Shown one piece after another: positions 47,463 to 58,743 of a DNA stretch of 64,000 nt; within the stretch, counting starts at the first letter, position 1; every line of letters begins with the position of its first letter. Under the pieces are notes generated by a model, which worked only from the letters and a program-made list of their open reading frames with translations, did not search any database and was not told where the DNA came from. This DNA comes from Candidatus Helarchaeota archaeon (GTDB taxonomy: Archaea; Asgardarchaeota; Lokiarchaeia; Helarchaeales; RDOG01). The position numbers and the translations under genes were made by a program. Location: NCBI GenBank assembly GCA_019058315.1, contig JAHPZH010000009.1, positions 1 to 64,000 of the forward strand. Direction: 5' to 3'.

Positions 47463-48665
47463 TTAAATTTTTAGTAGAAAATCTTTTAATTTTTCAAATC
47501 TTGCTTCCCAAGTGTTTTGCTGCAAAAATTTATCAATTTTTTCCGGTTCAATTTCAGCTGATAAACTGATGTCTATATTCTTTAGAAATTCTTCATAATT
47601 CTTTGAAATATAAACATATGGAAATCCTACCATTTCCCTTAGAAATATTGATACAACAGGTTTTCCTCCCGCAAGTGACTCGTAGATCTTAACGGGATGC
47701 CCTGAATCAGTTACTTGTTTTAATGAAACAAATGGGATTAGAGTTGTGTCGAAATAATGGATGTATTGAGGAAGATCTTCGTATTTTTTAGCTCCCAATA
47801 AGAAAAAATTTTCGTTATTACTTTTTATTTGTTTTAGTTTATCATTAAAAGCGGGATCAATATTCCCAATAAAAACAAAATTGTAATTTGGACGTTTCGA
47901 AATTACATAATCTAATAGTTTTGCATCTAAATGCTCAGCTATCAACCCAAAAAATCCTATAATGGGATTACCAGAAGGTAAATCAGGAGGTCTCGAACAC
48001 TTCTCTCTCGCTTTAATGAAATGATGAAATTCAGCCCCATTTGTTAAATAATACGTATTTTTATTGAATTTTAATGCCCTTTCTTGGAGATATTTAGCTG
48101 TCGCTAATACAAAATCGGAATTTTTTATTAAATATTCTTCTTTTGCTAAGATTTGAGTTGTGGGTGAATCCCAGTAAGATATATCATCTACGCTGTCATA
48201 AATAAGCTTAAATCCCATTTTCTTAAAAAATGGAATATATTCAACTAACAAAGGAAATTGATAAAGTACAACTTTTTTTTCAGAAGTTGAATATGTATTA
48301 AATTTTCTAATATACGCTTTTTGAACATCTTGAGTTTTTTCTTGATGAGTGGTCTTTAAAAAATTAAATATTCTTAAGATTTGTAGACGGCGTAAAATTC
48401 TTATAGCCAATGAATCAATTTTAGATTCTAAACGTGATCCTTTTTTTAAACGATTGAAGGGATTTAAGTCAAATTCGTAAGGATTATGCCATATTTCTAA
48501 ATTAGGAATTGTTCTTCCCTTTTCTTTTTCTTTATCAAAATGTACATTTGGAAAATTTACAAATAGGACCCTATTACCATCATTTGAAAATAATTCTGCA
48601 AAATGATGGATTCTGTTATAGGTAGAAACATTCCAAGGAATTGGGTTAATCAATATTACATCCAT
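47463..48665 (-). CDS. GT-B glycosyltransferase (TuaH-like)
   Basis: YDSVDD, NGAEF.HF, PVKIYESLAGGKPVVS. Confidence 0.85.
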   Translation of the reverse strand: MDVILINPIPWNVSTYNRIHHFAELFSNDGNRVLFVNFPNVHFDKEKEKGRTIPNLEIWHNPYEFDLNPFNRLKKGSRLESKIDSLAIRILRRLQILRIFNFLKTTHQEKTQDVQKAYIRKFNTYSTSEKKVVLYQFPLLVEYIPFFKKMGFKLIYDSVDDISYWDSPTTQILAKEEYLIKNSDFVLATAKYLQERALKFNKNTYYLTNGAEFHHFIKAREKCSRPPDLPSGNPIIGFFGLIAEHLDAKLLDYVISKRPNYNFVFIGNIDPAFNDKLKQIKSNNENFFLLGAKKYEDLPQYIHYFDTTLIPFVSLKQVTDSGHPVKIYESLAGGKPVVSIFLREMVGFPYVYISKNYEEFLKNIDISLSAEIEPEKIDKFLQQNTWEARFEKLKDFLLKI

Positions 48666-48755
48666 AGTAAATTTTCCTCAATTCAATAAGTAACAACCTA
48701 ATTATTTATTTTGATATTTTATATTAACAAAATTCTAAAAATAACGCTTAAAAAT

Positions 48756-49877
48756 TTAGCTCATATTTCCAATAACCCATTTTAAAGAATATTTATACCT
48801 AGATTTTTCCCAAAGAATGCGTAAAACCCAAATCCCGCAATAGAAAGAAAAAGAAATTATATAATGGGAAAATAACGAAATCTTATTTGGTCCACCAAAA
48901 ATGGATAAAAGATACCATCCAAAATAAGCATGTAGAACAAGAATCGTTAGAGATATTTCTCCTAAAAAAGTAATTATGCTAAATATTTGGATTTCTTTAC
49001 CCTTAATATCTTGAATCCAATAAAAAAATATAAAAATTAAAAATACAATCCCTTGAGACCAAAAATTGTAGCCAGTATTCCCTACCATTTTATCAGCAGG
49101 AGTTAATGGATAAAGATTTGATAATATTTCTAAAATTAATCCTCCTATTATAAAGACAATTCCTAATATTATAAATTTCTTAAAAAATGAATTATCTTCT
49201 TGGTTAGTTGCATGTTTTAAAATTGATTTTCCCACCCATACTCCTACAATTACAAAAAATATGTGAGGAAATATCGGAAATCCAGGAGTTACTAAGACTC
49301 CTCTAATAAATGCAAAAATATCCCAAGGAGATTTATAACCAATGATAGTAAGATAATTGTAATCAAAATAGAGAGCGGAATCTGCTTGATAATCTAAAAG
49401 AACTCTTAAAATTGGGCTAAGAATAATGACGACAATGGCACATAACCAAATTGTTCTATCAGAGTATTTCTCAAGAAAATATGAAATTATTATTGAAATT
49501 CCTATTAAAGATAAAATCCCCCAAGCCCAGACTGATTGAAGACCAAATACAGTGGGACTTAATATAAAATGTAAAATTATAATCACTAATCCTCTTTTAA
49601 TAATATGGGATTTGATTTCTTCTTCAGATTCACCCTTGTTTCTTCTATTAGTTGTTGATAAAACTACACTAATCCCTACAATCATAAGAAAAATCGGAGC
49701 TCCAACAATACCTAAAAAATGAATAATCGTTATGGGCTCTAAAACTGACCGGATAACAAAAAGATTTGCAAAATGAAATATTAACATAATAAAGACTGCA
49801 AAACCTCTTAAAAAATCTATAGATTTAAGCCTTGGAATTTTTAACTTAGCTAGGATAATGTCATTTTTTTTTTGCAA
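48756..49877 (-). CDS. HGSNAT/DUF1624-family transmembrane acyltransferase (1 of 5)
   Basis: RLKSIDFLRG..M..H, IIKRG, GEISLT, YSLKW. Confidence 0.8.
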   Translation of the reverse strand: MQKKNDIILAKLKIPRLKSIDFLRGFAVFIMLIFHFANLFVIRSVLEPITIIHFLGIVGAPIFLMIVGISVVLSTTNRRNKGESEEEIKSHIIKRGLVIIILHFILSPTVFGLQSVWAWGILSLIGISIIISYFLEKYSDRTIWLCAIVVIILSPILRVLLDYQADSALYFDYNYLTIIGYKSPWDIFAFIRGVLVTPGFPIFPHIFFVIVGVWVGKSILKHATNQEDNSFFKKFIILGIVFIIGGLILEILSNLYPLTPADKMVGNTGYNFWSQGIVFLIFIFFYWIQDIKGKEIQIFSIITFLGEISLTILVLHAYFGWYLLSIFGGPNKISLFSHYIISFSFYCGIWVLRILWEKSRYKYSLKWVIGNMS

Positions 49878-49932
49878 TCTATCTCACTTAATATTAGGCT
49901 ACCAATTTGATAATAAAATCAGATTATTAAAT

Positions 49933-51015
49933 TTAACTTAATTTTCTTAATAAATATTCTAAGCTTCCCTTAAATTTGATTTTACTCCAGTATGTGCCTA
50001 AAATTAAAAAAACCAAGATAAAAAATAGAAGAATTATATAGAATGAATATATTGATAGTTTTTGAACGCCACCACTCAAAAAAATCACACTATAACCAAA
50101 AACTACATGGATATAAAAGAGAGTTAAAGATAAACTACTTAATAATGTGAAGATACCAGAGGAGGGGACTTTATTAATATCTTGAATCCAATAAATTACT
50201 ATAAAAACCAAACCCCAAATACCAAAACTTTGAATTAAATGAATTCCTAGATCCCAAGGACCAAAATTCGGATTGAATCTTATTATAGTAGTTATAAAAA
50301 TTATAAAAATAAATGCTGTTAGTAACTTTATCAATAATTTTGATGACATTTCTCCATTTTTTGTATTTATAATATACTCTGCAAGTATAGATCCAAATAT
50401 AGCCATGGATGATTGTGGAATAATCGGACAAGTTCCATTAGATATCATACCCGCAATAAACCTATCCAAAGACCACGGTGCATTATATATAAGCAAAGTA
50501 TAATCTAGTTCGATATGGAGAATTATTCGCAAAGCTGGATAAAAAAACATCATTAAGCTTATAAGAATTAATCTCCATTTTATTGAAATTTTAGAAGTAT
50601 AATAAATTATAATCCCAGAAATTGCAATTGTTCCGATTTCGTCCCACCACCAGACATTTTTACCTGGTTCCCAATAAAAATAAACAAAATGAAGAAAAAA
50701 ATGAAAAAGAAGTAATAATAAACCACGTTTTATCACATGAGTTCGAATTTCTGATTCTGGAAAACCTTGTATTCTCCTTCTCTCAATTGCAATTCTTTGA
50801 CTCATTCCTGAGACCATAATAAAGATCGGCGCTGCAACCATTCCAAGATATGGTATATATGATAATAGAAATTCATGTCTCCAATATCCAAAAAACCATA
50901 ATGCACTGGCAGAAGTCCACCATGAGGCAAAATGAAACATTAAATAGAAAATAACACAAAGACCTCTTAACGTATCAATTGAATTAATTCTTTCCGTTTT
51001 TTCCAATTGAATCAC
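49933..51015 (-). CDS. HGSNAT/DUF1624-family transmembrane acyltransferase (2 of 5)
   Basis: RINSIDTLRG, VIKRG, SLTLFYIH, GSLEY. Confidence 0.8.
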   Translation of the reverse strand: MIQLEKTERINSIDTLRGLCVIFYLMFHFASWWTSASALWFFGYWRHEFLLSYIPYLGMVAAPIFIMVSGMSQRIAIERRRIQGFPESEIRTHVIKRGLLLLLFHFFLHFVYFYWEPGKNVWWWDEIGTIAISGIIIYYTSKISIKWRLILISLMMFFYPALRIILHIELDYTLLIYNAPWSLDRFIAGMISNGTCPIIPQSSMAIFGSILAEYIINTKNGEMSSKLLIKLLTAFIFIIFITTIIRFNPNFGPWDLGIHLIQSFGIWGLVFIVIYWIQDINKVPSSGIFTLLSSLSLTLFYIHVVFGYSVIFLSGGVQKLSIYSFYIILLFFILVFLILGTYWSKIKFKGSLEYLLRKLS

Positions 51016-51037
51016 AAATTCCCCAATAAAAGGAATT

Positions 51038-52135
51038 TTAACTTAAAGTACCTAAAAGCCATTCAAGCGAATACTGAAAATTATTTCTTTTCCATAATTC
51101 ACCTAAAATATAAGTAAAAACAAAGAATAATAAAAAAATAATAAAAAATGAGTACATCCGTAGGATTTGTTCGCCTCCGACGACTTCAACAACAGCGACC
51201 ATAAAATATGCATGAATGAAAAATAAAGTTAAAGTTAATCTACCAACTAAATTAATAATATCTAGAACCACAAATTTCACCCGTTTCATATCTTCTAACC
51301 AATAAAAACCTGCTATTATAAAGCAATTCAGACCTATCACCCATATAATGTTACCAGTATTAAAAATATTTAAATCAGCTATTGTAAAAGTTGGGAATTT
51401 TATAATATCCATAATAAGGCCTAGGGGAAATAGAATTGCCCCAATTATCATCAATTTTTTTAATGCTTTGTTTATATTATTTTCTTTAATTCCCGTAATT
51501 AAATATTCACCTAAAATACTACCTGCAATTACAAATCCAATCCACGGAAATAATGCAAAGCCTGGTGCAATTAATGTTGCTTTTAGCCATTCAATAATTG
51601 TCCATGGGGCTGCAAATCCAACTCTACCAATAAAATCATTAACATCAATAAATAATAAACGTAAAAATGGAGAAACTCCAATAATAATTCCTGCTATTAT
51701 TCCTCGAGTTAATTTAGAATATCGCATTAGGAAACAATTTATAATTATTGAAAAACCTAATAATGAAAAAATCCCACTCGCCCATGAGGCAGCGAATCCA
51801 AATGCTCCTATATTCATTAGTTGGTTTAGAAATATTAAAATAAATCCTCGCTTAATAATGTGTTTAAGGCTCTCTTTTGAAGGTTCTCCTCTTAATTTTC
51901 TATTTTCTAATGATAAAGTTAAAGAAACTCCTGGGATTATTATAAACAATGGCAACCCGATAATATAAATTATTGACATATAATCCAATTGAGCTTTTAG
52001 AAAAGGGATAACCCAAAGGTTTGAAAAATGAATTTGGAGCATATTTATTAATTTAAGACCTCTTAGACTATCTAATGAATAGATACGAGGAATTCTAGTA
52101 ATTTTTTTTGTATTAATATCATTCAAGAATATCAC
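51038..52135 (-). CDS. HGSNAT/DUF1624-family transmembrane acyltransferase (3 of 5)
   Basis: RIYSLDSLRG, IIKRG, LFPW, YSLEW. Confidence 0.8.
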   Translation of the reverse strand: MIFLNDINTKKITRIPRIYSLDSLRGLKLINMLQIHFSNLWVIPFLKAQLDYMSIIYIIGLPLFIIIPGVSLTLSLENRKLRGEPSKESLKHIIKRGFILIFLNQLMNIGAFGFAASWASGIFSLLGFSIIINCFLMRYSKLTRGIIAGIIIGVSPFLRLLFIDVNDFIGRVGFAAPWTIIEWLKATLIAPGFALFPWIGFVIAGSILGEYLITGIKENNINKALKKLMIIGAILFPLGLIMDIIKFPTFTIADLNIFNTGNIIWVIGLNCFIIAGFYWLEDMKRVKFVVLDIINLVGRLTLTLFFIHAYFMVAVVEVVGGEQILRMYSFFIIFLLFFVFTYILGELWKRNNFQYSLEWLLGTLS

Positions 52136-52224
52136 TAGGGCATTTAAAAACTACAATTTTTCTATGAGATTAAATTAAATCGAAACAATTTATCAGAGAA
52201 TTATTAGAAAATAATGAGGAATAA

Positions 52225-53412
52225 TTAATCTTTCTTTGATTTAAGTGATTTATAAAGTTGTCTTTGGACAATGAATTTTTGAATATCTGTTGTTCCTCCA
52301 ACTACCCACATGACTGGTCCTGCTCTCCACATAGCAGCTGGAATATCGTATCTATGGGTTATAGCTTTCCCTGCAAGAGTCTGAACACAAGCATTACTTA
52401 CTTCTATATGCATTTCGCTAGCATTTGCAAATGCCATAGAGGCTGCAAGAGTTGCTTGTTCCATATCTCTTTGATCGAGATATTTTGCGGCTTCAAGAGT
52501 GAGCAATCTAGAGGCATGAACTTTAAGAGCTGAGTCTGCTATTCGAAAATTGACTGCTTGTTGTCTAGAGATGGGTAGTCCGAATTGGACTCTTTCATTT
52601 GAATATTTTAAGGCTATATCTAACGCTGTTTGGGCATTTCCTACACAAGATGCTGCCATTACTACTCTTTCAACATTTAATTCTGACATTAAAATTGGAA
52701 AACCCTGTCCTTCCTTACCTAAAAGATTTTCAACTGGAATGCGTAAATCTTCAAATTCAAGTCTACCACAACATGCCCCTTGAATACCCATTAATTCATA
52801 TTCTTCAGCGACTTTGAAACCTTTGGTTTTGGATTCCACAAGAAAACCTGTTATTTTTTTTCTTGGATCCTTTTCTTCAAGATGTTCAAGAATTCCAAAA
52901 ACAGCTAATATATCAGCTTTTGTACCATTCGCTATATATTTTTTATGCCCATTTATTATATATTCATCCCCTTCACGAATAATTTTTGTCTGCATACTCG
53001 ATAGATCTGAACCAGCTTCATCTTCAGTCATACAAATTGCTCCAATCCAATCTCCTGAGGTGATTTTAGGTAAATATTTTTCCTTTTGGCTTTCAGTTCC
53101 AAAAACGGAAAGGGGCATTCCAAAGAAAATTGTAGATACAGCACGTGTCATATTTACAGAAGCATCAATTTTACCACATTCTTCTGAAATAATACATTCT
53201 GCGACAATACCTTTTTCTGTACCACCATATTTTTTCTGATGTATGGCACCCAACAATCCTTTTTTAGCTAATTGCTTTAATGCTTTTCTCATTGCAGAAT
53301 AATCGCCCCTAAGAGCTGGTTCAACAAATTGCGGAATGTTTTCTTGAAGAAATGTTCTGGTTTCTTTTTGAAATTCAAGTTCCTCATCAGTATAAAAAAC
53401 GGATGTATTCAA
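52225..53412 (-). CDS. Acyl-CoA dehydrogenase (IVD/LCAD-type catalytic Glu position)
   Basis: CMTEDEAGSD, NGHKKYI, LNVER, RVQFG, VVGGTTDIQ. Confidence 0.92.
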   Translation of the reverse strand: MNTSVFYTDEELEFQKETRTFLQENIPQFVEPALRGDYSAMRKALKQLAKKGLLGAIHQKKYGGTEKGIVAECIISEECGKIDASVNMTRAVSTIFFGMPLSVFGTESQKEKYLPKITSGDWIGAICMTEDEAGSDLSSMQTKIIREGDEYIINGHKKYIANGTKADILAVFGILEHLEEKDPRKKITGFLVESKTKGFKVAEEYELMGIQGACCGRLEFEDLRIPVENLLGKEGQGFPILMSELNVERVVMAASCVGNAQTALDIALKYSNERVQFGLPISRQQAVNFRIADSALKVHASRLLTLEAAKYLDQRDMEQATLAASMAFANASEMHIEVSNACVQTLAGKAITHRYDIPAAMWRAGPVMWVVGGTTDIQKFIVQRQLYKSLKSKKD

Positions 53413-53476
53413 ATTATCAAAACCCTTTCAATAATCTTATTTTCTAATTGTATATTTTATAAAAAATATTTTTCTA

Positions 53477-54625
53477 TTAACCTCTTAAAAAATACTCAAG
53501 ACTATATTTATAGTTTTTATGCTTCCAAATTAATGTGATAATATAAATTAAAATAAATAAGCTTAATCCCATAACTGTGAACGGTAAAACATGGAAATAA
53601 TTATATAAATTAAGAGGAAGGAAAAAATATGCCGCAAATAGAAAGTGTGTTACAAATAAAGTTAAAGAAATGTTCCCAATTAACATTATTGGGTCAAAAA
53701 CTCTCCATTTTTTCTTTTTAATATCTTGAATATATAAAAGAACTGAAAAAAGAATTGCAAAATTACCAATTGAGAATAGATAATATATCCATTGATTAAA
53801 TATCCATGAATAGTCGTGATAGATTGGAATTATTATATTCAAAGACTTAATAATAAACCATAAATCATAATGTCCAGCAGCTAAAAGAAGAAAATTAATA
53901 AATACTGGATTATTTATATCTACAAAGTTGAAAACAATCCATAAATCAATTGGAAATGTCGCAACAAAAAGTAAAATCCCAAATATTATTAAATAACGTT
54001 GATATTGGCTAATCTTATTATTTCTGACTGCTTCTATCCAGTAACTTCCTAGTAATGTTCCAATTAACATATTTGCTAAAACATGAAATCCGATTCTTAC
54101 AGGCATATTTGCATCTATAATAATTAATATAAATCCTATAATTCCATAAGCAATTTTAGGTGGTTTTAAGACCATTAAATAAGCGTTTATTATATATGCA
54201 AACCCAATCATTGCCATTACATTCCAATCTAATATTAATAGGGGATTAATCGATAAAATAGAGATGTATGAGCCTAAATTCAAGAGGAAACTTATTGCGA
54301 TTATTATTAAACCTCTTTTTAATATATATTTTGATAGTTCTTTTATTGGAATTTCCTTTTCTAATCGTCTTTGAATAGCAAAACTTAAAGTAATTCCAAT
54401 AAGAATAACAAAAAATGGAAATCCATGATTCATAGAATAATTTGCAATCCAAAAATCAAAAATTCTACCAAGTTCAGATTCTTTATTATAAAACCAGTGA
54501 AAATAGTGACCAAAAACCATAAAGAATGTAGCAATTCCTCTAATAGTTTCAATAGACCTAACTCTTGGTAACTTTTGGGGTTTTTTCATAACTGCCAATT
54601 GAGTTTGTTCTCCCATAATAATCAC
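53477..54625 (-). CDS. HGSNAT/DUF1624-family transmembrane acyltransferase (4 of 5)
   Basis: RVRSIETIRG..M..GH, ILKRG, GNISLT, YSLEY. Confidence 0.78.
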   Translation of the reverse strand: MIIMGEQTQLAVMKKPQKLPRVRSIETIRGIATFFMVFGHYFHWFYNKESELGRIFDFWIANYSMNHGFPFFVILIGITLSFAIQRRLEKEIPIKELSKYILKRGLIIIAISFLLNLGSYISILSINPLLILDWNVMAMIGFAYIINAYLMVLKPPKIAYGIIGFILIIIDANMPVRIGFHVLANMLIGTLLGSYWIEAVRNNKISQYQRYLIIFGILLFVATFPIDLWIVFNFVDINNPVFINFLLLAAGHYDLWFIIKSLNIIIPIYHDYSWIFNQWIYYLFSIGNFAILFSVLLYIQDIKKKKWRVFDPIMLIGNISLTLFVTHFLFAAYFFLPLNLYNYFHVLPFTVMGLSLFILIYIITLIWKHKNYKYSLEYFLRG

Positions 54626-54632
54626 TTTGAGT

Positions 54633-55841
54633 TTAACTTAATTTTCGAATTGCCCATTCTAAACTATACTTAAATTTAAATTTGGACCAAAAAACGGTAA
54701 TAATCCAAAAGAAAATGGTAAAAACAATAGTTATTATCTGGAGTGAATAAGTTGAAATTAAATTTACAGGTTGCATAATAATTTGAAAGAAAAGTGTTCT
54801 GATCAACGGATTAGATATGAAATAAAAAATATCAAACATTTCGAAACTAGAGCGAAATATAGGACCAAAGAAATATCTTGCAAATAAGTGATGCGCTACG
54901 AAAATTGTGAAAGCTAGTGAGCTTAAAACTGATATTTGTTTTAAAATAATATTATTACGTTTTTTAACATCTTGAAACCAAAAAAATAATGCGAAGAAAG
55001 ATAGAAATACACCAGTAGAAAAAATTATATGAACTTCATGGTTAAAATCCAAAATTAAAGGCATAACTCCACCATATCTCAAATTAACATCAATTGCACA
55101 GCTGAATATACATAAAATTAGACCATAAATAAGGAAAGTTCTAGGGAGTGATTCTATTTTACCTTCTTTAATCTTATTTAGAGTAAAGCTACCAATAATG
55201 GTTCCAATTAAGACCATGTTTAATGAAAATGGATTCCAAAGATCATGTATAGTTATAGAAGAAAGCATAATGAATTCTATAAAAGTTGGATGCCAACTCC
55301 AAAATGGGAGAATGGATAAATGATAAATAATTCCTAAGAGTTGAGAGAGAGGATTGAGGATTAATAATATACTAGATATAATGATCCTATGTTTAATTGA
55401 AAGTTTTAAGGTGAAAAATGTTATTATAGTCGAGACTCCAATTAAAACAATTATATTCCAAATCCACCATCTAGAAAAACCTTCAATTAAAAGATTTAGA
55501 ATATATCCAAATCCCCAAAGGAAACCTCCTCTTCTTAAAACGGCGTTTTGAAGCTCTTTCTCAGTACTTCTTTTCTTTTTATTCTCAACATAAAATACCA
55601 AACTAAATCCTACACATATTAAAAAAATTGGAGCTCCAATAGGACCAAACCACATGCCAAAATAGTCCCACCAACCCCATGAAAGCTCATCACCATCTAA
55701 AAACCAAAGACCAAAGTGACCAAAAATCATAATTAAAATGGCAAGTGCCCGTAAAAGATCAATAGAATGAATTCTAGGAATTTTTTTGACCATTTCACTT
55801 TTATTTAATTTAGGTGTTGCTAAACTTTCCATAATTATCAA
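54633..55841 (-). CDS. HGSNAT/DUF1624-family transmembrane acyltransferase (5 of 5)
   Basis: RIHSIDLLRA..M..GH, VLRRG, YSLEW. Confidence 0.8.
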   Translation of the reverse strand: MIIMESLATPKLNKSEMVKKIPRIHSIDLLRALAILIMIFGHFGLWFLDGDELSWGWWDYFGMWFGPIGAPIFLICVGFSLVFYVENKKKRSTEKELQNAVLRRGGFLWGFGYILNLLIEGFSRWWIWNIIVLIGVSTIITFFTLKLSIKHRIIISSILLILNPLSQLLGIIYHLSILPFWSWHPTFIEFIMLSSITIHDLWNPFSLNMVLIGTIIGSFTLNKIKEGKIESLPRTFLIYGLILCIFSCAIDVNLRYGGVMPLILDFNHEVHIIFSTGVFLSFFALFFWFQDVKKRNNIILKQISVLSSLAFTIFVAHHLFARYFFGPIFRSSFEMFDIFYFISNPLIRTLFFQIIMQPVNLISTYSLQIITIVFTIFFWIITVFWSKFKFKYSLEWAIRKLS

Positions 55842-56173
55842 AACAATTGAGAATTTTTTAAATATTTAATTTTTTTTCATCTTGCTTTAAAGAAAATAAA
55901 TAGCTCAATAATGATTAAAATGCGTTAGTGCAAATATAATGTAAAAATAATTAGAAAATTAGAAATAATAAAATTTTTCCAAATTAAATAAAATATAATC
56001 AAAAAAATAAAGATATGGAAATAAAAGTACCAAATTTTTTCTTTTGTTCCACTTTTAAGGATAATAGGATAAATTTTTAAAAAAACTCTCTAAAAAATCA
56101 TTAATATTTAGTTTAAAGTCTTAAACAATTATAATGAATACTTTCTTCTTGAATTGTATATTAATGTGGTTAG

Positions 56174-57808
56174 ATGATTAAAAGAAGTACAAAAGGTCTT
56201 GAAAAAACAAGAGTATCTGAAAATAGCATCTTTGTTCTGTTACAAATTGCAATAACTGGCATATTAGGAATTTTTAACTCTATCCTTTTAGTTTGGGGAA
56301 TAAATAGTTACTATCCTTTTTTTGGAGGAGATATTTATGGTCGTTTGGGATATATACAGACTATAGTTTTGATCTTTACTCCTTTTTTATATGTAGGATT
56401 TTTACTTACTCTAACTAAAAGAATTGCTGAACATTATGCAATTAATGACGAATATAGTAAGCAAAAAGTAAAATATACCCTTAAATTTGCCTTTTTAACA
56501 ATAAGTATTGTTACCCTTACTTTTTATTTTATTTTTATTCTTTTAATCATGCCTTCCTCTTATCAGTTCGATTTATTTAATATAAACATGCCGTTTTTTT
56601 ATGCTTTATTTGGACTGGTGTGGATCTTAAACATTATATCCGTAATTTCAACAGGAGTTCTACAAGGGTTCCAAAAATATAGATTTGTAGCCTATAGTAG
56701 TTCCGCATCGGTATTGTTTATTACTTTATTATATCTATTATTAGCTCTTACAGTTAATCTTAATTTATTGACTGTAACAATCGTATTATTAATCTCTGAA
56801 TTGATAAAGGGGTTAATTGCCTTTGGATATATGATGTACTTATTAAAAAATTATGAAATTCTAGATGTTAAGATGAATTTATCCTCTCAACAGAAAAAAG
56901 AAGAAAGAACCGAACTCATGAAAGCTAATGTAATATTTATGTTATTAAATCTATTTTATATTTTTATTTTCTACTATGATAAAATTCTCATTTATATCTT
57001 CTTAAATTCATATACAGAATTAGCATATTATTTTATTGCTAACTATATTTTCACGTTTTTATTTCCTATCGCATGTGCAATTTTCAATGCACTTCTTCCA
57101 GCCTCTTCAGAGCAAAATATTCTAAAAAATAAAGAAAATCTTGTTAAATATATAAATTTAGGCTCAAAATATGCGTTATACATTTCAGTTATACTAGCAA
57201 TTTTTATGGCTACTGTAATAAGTGAGGTAATGCCAATTGTATATGGAGAATTTGGCAAAGAATCGCTTGAATATTTACCATTCTTTGCTATAGTATTAAT
57301 ATTTGAAACTTTATTCTCCCCTTTAGGTAATGTCTTAATAGGTATTAAATTGAGAGATTACGCTTTAATTTATGGTCTTAGGGCGCTGTTAAATATTTTT
57401 CTGTGGCCTCTAATGTTCTCGATCTTTCAAAATATTATTGGAATATTAGTTGGAAGCATTATAAGTTCCTTTTTCTGGTATTTGACATGTGTAATTTATT
57501 TACGTGAATATATTAATATGAAAAATCTAATCAAACTAATTCCAAAAGTACTTTTACCAAGTAGTATAATAATTGGAAGTTATCTAGTACTATATTGGGT
57601 CAATTTCTTTTCAAGTACAACATTTATAATTTTCTTTCTAAAAATTAGCGTATTTTCTGTATTTATTGGAGGAATATACATATTATTGATTGCCTTGTTG
57701 AAAGGTTTTAGTCCTGAAGATCTTAATATACTTGAAAAAGGAATATATTGGATTCCTGGCTCACGACGGCTATTATCTATTTTAAGAAAAGTTAGTAGAC
57801 ATGTTTAA
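56174..57808 (+). CDS. Wzx/MOP-family oligosaccharide flippase
   Basis: ~14 TM segments, LQGFQKY, YYDKILI, LAYY..A, ALLPASS. Confidence 0.85.
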   Translation: MIKRSTKGLEKTRVSENSIFVLLQIAITGILGIFNSILLVWGINSYYPFFGGDIYGRLGYIQTIVLIFTPFLYVGFLLTLTKRIAEHYAINDEYSKQKVKYTLKFAFLTISIVTLTFYFIFILLIMPSSYQFDLFNINMPFFYALFGLVWILNIISVISTGVLQGFQKYRFVAYSSSASVLFITLLYLLLALTVNLNLLTVTIVLLISELIKGLIAFGYMMYLLKNYEILDVKMNLSSQQKKEERTELMKANVIFMLLNLFYIFIFYYDKILIYIFLNSYTELAYYFIANYIFTFLFPIACAIFNALLPASSEQNILKNKENLVKYINLGSKYALYISVILAIFMATVISEVMPIVYGEFGKESLEYLPFFAIVLIFETLFSPLGNVLIGIKLRDYALIYGLRALLNIFLWPLMFSIFQNIIGILVGSIISSFFWYLTCVIYLREYINMKNLIKLIPKVLLPSSIIIGSYLVLYWVNFFSSTTFIIFFLKISVFSVFIGGIYILLIALLKGFSPEDLNILEKGIYWIPGSRRLLSILRKVSRHV

Positions 57809-58739
57809 GTTGTTTTTTTCGAATTTTAAAGCCCAGTTTTAGTCCTTTTCGTATTCCAAGCGAGAGAACTTTAAGACGGTTTAAATTATGGTGATAAAAG
57901 TTAGTAAATAATTCAATTAAAGTCCAGAATAATTGGGTGAGGAGGAAAAAAAATATTTGAATAAAACTAAAATTCTTTAACGCGAATAAAAATCGATTCC
58001 TACAATGAACGAAATATTGAAAGTCGCCTAAGGGATTATGAATTGGTATTTTATGATAAACTTTGGCAGAAGGGACATATATAACCTTATATTTTTTCTT
58101 TTTAGCTCGATAATTCCAATCAGTTTCCTCATAATACATAAAAAAAGTTTTATCTAATAATCCAATTGTATTTATTACTTCCCTTTTAATGAAAATAGAA
58201 GTACCACAAGCGTAATCTGTTTCTTTAAGAATATTATATTTTGTTTCGTTACTCTTTCTCCTTATACCTTTATGAATTGCTGTTAATAGGAGAAAAGGGG
58301 AAATTTTTCCTCCACCATACCAAATTAAATTTGGGTGGTCATAATATACAATTTTAGGACAACAAATCCCATAATCTCTTTTTGAAATTAAAACTTTTAC
58401 ACATTCTGAAATAAAATTTGATTCACATTCAGTATCATTATTTAAAACACAAATGATATCCCCTTTAGATTTTCTTATGCCTATATTATTTCCTTCAGCA
58501 TAACCCCAATTTTTTGAGTTCTTGATAAATAAATGATTTAATTTAAAATTGTTTAAAAAAATTCCAAGCTTTTCTATTTCTTCTTCTGGAGAAGCATTAT
58601 CAACAATAATAACCTCAAAATTTTCATAATCTTGTTTCTCCAAGGATTTAAGGCAATCAATTGTTAATTGTGCAGGTCGAAATGGATTTGTTAGAATAAT
58701 TATACTTATTAAAGGATTTTTATCCATATTTGATTTCAA
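57792..58739 (-). CDS. Glycosyltransferase family 2 (rhamnosyltransferase-like)
   Basis: VDNAS, GYAEGNN, LNNDT, FFMYYEETD. Confidence 0.92.
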   Translation of the reverse strand: MKSNMDKNPLISIIILTNPFRPAQLTIDCLKSLEKQDYENFEVIIVDNASPEEEIEKLGIFLNNFKLNHLFIKNSKNWGYAEGNNIGIRKSKGDIICVLNNDTECESNFISECVKVLISKRDYGICCPKIVYYDHPNLIWYGGGKISPFLLLTAIHKGIRRKSNETKYNILKETDYACGTSIFIKREVINTIGLLDKTFFMYYEETDWNYRAKKKKYKVIYVPSAKVYHKIPIHNPLGDFQYFVHCRNRFLFALKNFSFIQIFFFLLTQLFWTLIELFTNFYHHNLNRLKVLSLGIRKGLKLGFKIRKKQLKHVY

Positions 58740-58743
58740 ACTC

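Noticed and set aside
51348-51968. 206-aa antisense ORF and the other short overlapping ORFs in the track
   Set aside because: They are shadow frames opposite or within well-supported genes, with no motifs of their own
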